Shown piece by piece: positions 61,140 through 64,000 of a DNA stretch of 64,000 nt. The position numbers were made by a program, and so were the translations under genes. The stretch is from the NCBI GenBank assembly GCA_963676915.2, contig CAXXVK010000035.1, positions 64,001-128,000 on the forward strand. Reading direction: 5' to 3'. This DNA is from Myxococcota bacterium (lineage in GTDB: Bacteria > Myxococcota_A > SURF-8 > G963663525). The notes below the pieces were generated by a model, which did not search any database, was not told where the DNA came from, and saw only the letters and a list, made by a program, of their open reading frames with translations. Every line of letters starts with the position of its first letter. Positions within the stretch are counted from its first letter, which is position 1.

Positions 61140-61545
61140 ATGAAACGCACCTACTATTGCCCCAAATGCAACGCCACGCTCAACCCGAACGTTAAAATCA
61201 TTTTGATCGCCCAAAAGCGCCAGCGCCGAGGCATGATATTGTTCAGCCCCCAATCCCGGCAATTACAAAGCGGTCGTCTCGGAAGACCTGAACATTCACG
61301 ATGGGGATAAAGTGTCGTTTTTCTGTCCGGTGTGTCAGGCCGATTTGAAATCGTGCGTTGACAAGAACCTCGCTCGAATCGACTTCAAACAGTCCAACGG
61401 AACGGAAGGAAAGGTTAATTTCAGCCGGATTTTCGGAGAAGAAGCCACCTATTTCGTGACCCAGGAACAAGTTCGTTCGTTCGGTTCCAACGCGGAGATC
61501 TACGGGGCCGTCAATTTCTTCGGAGAGGGTCTGGACGACGACTGA
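61140..61545 (+). pseudogene. Small zinc-ribbon-like protein (two CxxC), one frameshift
   Basis: MKRTYYCPKCNATL...FSPQ continues as PGNY...FFCPVCQADL after removing one base near 61254. Confidence 0.65.
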
Positions 61546-61552
61546 CGGCACT

Positions 61553-61637
61553 GTCGAATGAAATCACCTGCCCTACTACGTGCTCCATCAAACAGTAGTT
61601 TTCGATATTTGTCGGGCAACAAATTTGCCCGATCTAC
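61553..61637 (-). repeat. Two REP units (degenerate family A, family B)
   Basis: GTCGAATGAAATCACCTGCCCTAC and GTCGGGCAACAAATTTGCCCGATCTAC. Confidence 0.7.
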
Positions 61638-61655
61638 GGAACATTTCCGCTTTAT

Positions 61656-62120
61656 TTACACTCCCGAAGGGAAACGACTGGCGTTCTTCTTCATTGTTTC
61701 GGATACTTTGCGTTCGTTGAACGCTCGCCAATCACCTTTGGGTACGTCTTCGTAAGCCAGAGAAAGTTCCGTCAGGCGATCGAGGGTCGAACGATAGATC
61801 CAGGCTTCGACTTCGCCGTCCTGCGTATTGACACGATGTTTTTCACGAGTGCATTCGTCGGTTTCTTCGTTTCCCCGAACGCCTCGAAAATAGTCCAGCC
61901 GTTCAAAGGCTTTTGCCGGAATCTGCACCAATTCGCCCACGACTTCATCGTCTCCATCGAGCATTACGGGCAGTCCGGCTTCTTCGAGATGCACGAGCCG
62001 TCCCCGTGCCTGAGCCGAAACCGGGTGAACCTGAAGATCGCCCAGGTAGCTTTCGTGAAACGTCAAACCGCTCATCAACGGCCCGTATACAAAGAGGTTT
62101 TCGAAAAGTTTTTCGGTCAT
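61656..62120 (-). CDS. Gamma-glutamylcyclotransferase (AIG2-like) family protein
   Basis: LFVYGPLMSG, V.GEL, RLD.F.G, EAWIY, GDW; ATGA overlap with upstream stop. Confidence 0.8.
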   Translation of the reverse strand: MTEKLFENLFVYGPLMSGLTFHESYLGDLQVHPVSAQARGRLVHLEEAGLPVMLDGDDEVVGELVQIPAKAFERLDYFRGVRGNEETDECTREKHRVNTQDGEVEAWIYRSTLDRLTELSLAYEDVPKGDWRAFNERKVSETMKKNASRFPSGV

Positions 62121-62914
62121 GACGCGTTTTCCTTGGCTTTTTTCTTTCGTTTCGCCGGTTTCTTTTTTCCTGCTTGTTTCTTCAACAATTTTTGGCGGGC
62201 TTTGACCCACTGCACGAACATTCGCGTCCTAGCGTACAACTGCTCCCGTCGCTTGTCGAGCCACGCCGCATCGATGGAGATCATGTCCTCGCGGTAATGC
62301 TCGAAAGCTTTGGGCAACTCCTCACTGGACAAATGCAGCAATTGCATCAAACGAAACGGATCTTGCGCTTTCGTGAAACCGAACTGGACGGCGGGTACGA
62401 TGGCGATCCAGCTTCGATCCTGCATCGCCAGAGTTTCGATCCACATGATTTCCGATAGGGAGAGCTTATATGGATGCCGAGCCGTCATCGCCAACCCTAC
62501 GGCCTTCATTCGACCCGAAAGGTTGCGTAGCAAAGAACCTTCGATGTCGCTGTCTTCCTGCCAGAGAAATCCCACTCCTCGCCGCGACTCCCAGCCATCC
62601 AACAGACAACGGATCTTCCCGTACTGGAATTGCACGTCGCGCTCCACTTCGAATCCCGCCTCGAAAAAGACTTCGTTCATAATCGCCAACGCTTCGTCTT
62701 CGGGAAACGAGTACCACCTAGGACGATCCGAAACCAGCGGAATTCCCTGGGAAATCGAATAGTCGTTCTGAGCCATCGAGTAGGTATTGATCAGCAGGCT
62801 ACGCCCATCGGTCATCAGGAAGGGATGCTCGCGGTCCAACGGGCTTTGCTCGGTCGGTTTGGCGCAACCACCTAGGATCACTACCAAACCCAGGATTAAC
62901 AGGAAACGGTGCAA
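62117..62914 (-). CDS. Hypothetical lipoprotein
   Basis: GGAGG RBS 5 nt before TTG at 62914; MHRFLLILGLVVILGG-C lipobox; Lys-rich C-terminus; longer ORF start lies inside REP DNA. Confidence 0.7.
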   Translation of the reverse strand: MHRFLLILGLVVILGGCAKPTEQSPLDREHPFLMTDGRSLLINTYSMAQNDYSISQGIPLVSDRPRWYSFPEDEALAIMNEVFFEAGFEVERDVQFQYGKIRCLLDGWESRRGVGFLWQEDSDIEGSLLRNLSGRMKAVGLAMTARHPYKLSLSEIMWIETLAMQDRSWIAIVPAVQFGFTKAQDPFRLMQLLHLSSEELPKAFEHYREDMISIDAAWLDKRREQLYARTRMFVQWVKARQKLLKKQAGKKKPAKRKKKAKENAS

Positions 62915-62963
62915 GAAAACCTCCAGAAAATTTCGACAAGAAGAAAACGGCTTCCCATCATCC

Positions 62964-63068
62964 GTAGGTCGGGCAAATTTTTTGCCCGACAATGCCAAGA
63001 TGTCGGACAAAAATGAGCCAACCTATAAAACATACCTTCATGTCGGGCTAAAAATTAGCCCGACCTAC
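62964..63068. repeat. REP cluster, family B (doublet with degenerate partner plus extra unit)
   Basis: GTAGGTCGGGCAAATTTTTTGCCCGAC-AATGCCAAGAT-GTCGGACAAAAATGAGCCAACCTAT...GTCGGGCTAAAAATTAGCCCGACCTAC. Confidence 0.88.
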
Positions 63069-63149
63069 GAAAAAATGGCAATTCGTCCCAAAGATGACAC
63101 TTCAGGGTTTGCAAAAGATCATCAAAAAGTGCCGATCTATGCAAGAACC

Positions 63150-63725
63150 TCACATAATCAGTTTTTGCAGAGTTTTGAACTCGGGCGTTCCCGCTTTTTC
63201 CAGCCATTGAAACAACACGGCCTCGGTACTGGTAACCGCCGCACCCGCACGACGCATCAGGTCCAGTCCAAGCGGATGATTGTAATCCAGGCGCGAGCAG
63301 CAGGCGTCTTCGACGACGTGTACGTCCCAGTCTTCGGCAAGAAGTTTGAGCACGGTCTGCATCACGCAGATGTGGGTTTCCATTCCGAGCACCACCAGCC
63401 GCCGCCGATCTTTGTGGCTGCGCAGACTGCTCATGAAATCCGCTTCGGCCGTGGCGGGAAAGGCGATTTTTTCGACGACGGGCGTTTTCGTGGTGTCCAT
63501 CCACTGCGACAGCTCGGGCAGCGTGCCACCCAATCCCTTGGGATATTGCTCGGAAACCGTTATCGGTACGCCAAGTTGCATCGCCGCCCGGATGAGAATC
63601 ACGCTGTTGTTGCGAACCATTTCCTGGCGCTCGGGAGGCATGATGCGAAAGAGTTTGTCCTGAATATCGATAACGAGCAGTTGCGATTCGTCACAGGAAA
63701 GCACTTTGTCGGCCCAATCGTTCAC
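63150..63725 (-). CDS. Isochorismatase family hydrolase
   Basis: LLVIDIQDKL, EQYPKGLG.T..EL, GMETHICV.QT, STEAVLFQWL; GGA RBS before GTG. Confidence 0.92.
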   Translation of the reverse strand: MNDWADKVLSCDESQLLVIDIQDKLFRIMPPERQEMVRNNSVILIRAAMQLGVPITVSEQYPKGLGGTLPELSQWMDTTKTPVVEKIAFPATAEADFMSSLRSHKDRRRLVVLGMETHICVMQTVLKLLAEDWDVHVVEDACCSRLDYNHPLGLDLMRRAGAAVTSTEAVLFQWLEKAGTPEFKTLQKLIM

Positions 63726-63792
63726 GGGTCGTTCCTTTCGTGAATAAAGTTATTTCATCTATACTATCAAACAGTTGTGCTGTTTTTAAGTA

Positions 63793-63863
63793 GTAGGTCG
63801 GGTGATTTTCCCCGACACATAAGGGTATTTTCGAAAATTGTCGGGTGAAATCACCCGACCTGC
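63793..63863. repeat. REP doublet (REPIN), family A
   Basis: GTAGGTCGGGTGATTTTCCCCGAC + spacer ending TTCGAAAATT + GTCGGGTGAAATCACCCGACCTGC. Confidence 0.88.
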
Positions 63864-64000
63864 CTTTTCTCGGAATACCAGCGTTCTCCCCGCGCTTTTT
63901 TTCGCAAAGGTCCAACCACCGGCAGACGTTGAAGTCCCTCGTCGGTACAGCAGATGCGCACCGGTCCTTCATCACCCGGCAGCGAGTCCGAGACGAGCCG
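63851..64000 (-). CDS. Possible 3' end of a gene entering from beyond the window
   Basis: Open frame RLVSDSLPGDEGPVRICCTDEGLQRLPVVGPLRKKARGERWYSEKRQVG*; coding-like composition but too short to assign. Confidence 0.4.
   Translation of the reverse strand, partial: RLVSDSLPGDEGPVRICCTDEGLQRLPVVGPLRKKARGERWYSEKRQVG

Overview
Bacterial chromosomal window, moderately GC-rich. Gene content (giant Cys-rich lipoproteins, VKOR-DsbA fusion, many acidic-tethered lipoproteins) suggests a Myxococcota/deltaproteobacteria-like organism; this is inference only. Two giant surface lipoprotein genes dominate: an intact ~5100-aa CTDC-repeat protein (5273-20575) and a ~2900-aa CTDC/C-type-lectin/PPC-like protein broken by many single-base indels (26434-35170). 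There is a lipid/fatty-acid catabolic neighbourhood (FadR-like TetR with a Bacillus-type FadR box, etfBA, acyl-CoA dehydrogenase, two acyl-CoA ligases, two PI-PLC-like lipoproteins, GDPD, SGNH hydrolase). Other genes include queA, tRNA-Sec, Uup-like ABC-F, GGDEF, GH57, MoxR, a divergent SecA and frameshifted MMPL/RlpA genes. Intergenic DNA carries two repeat systems: at least three families of GTAG-type REP/REPIN palindromes, and three diverged copies of a ~181-bp TA-flanked fold-back element whose stems show compensatory substitutions. I saw no CRISPR, rRNA, prophage, integrase or transposase. All calls are by eye; no database search was run.
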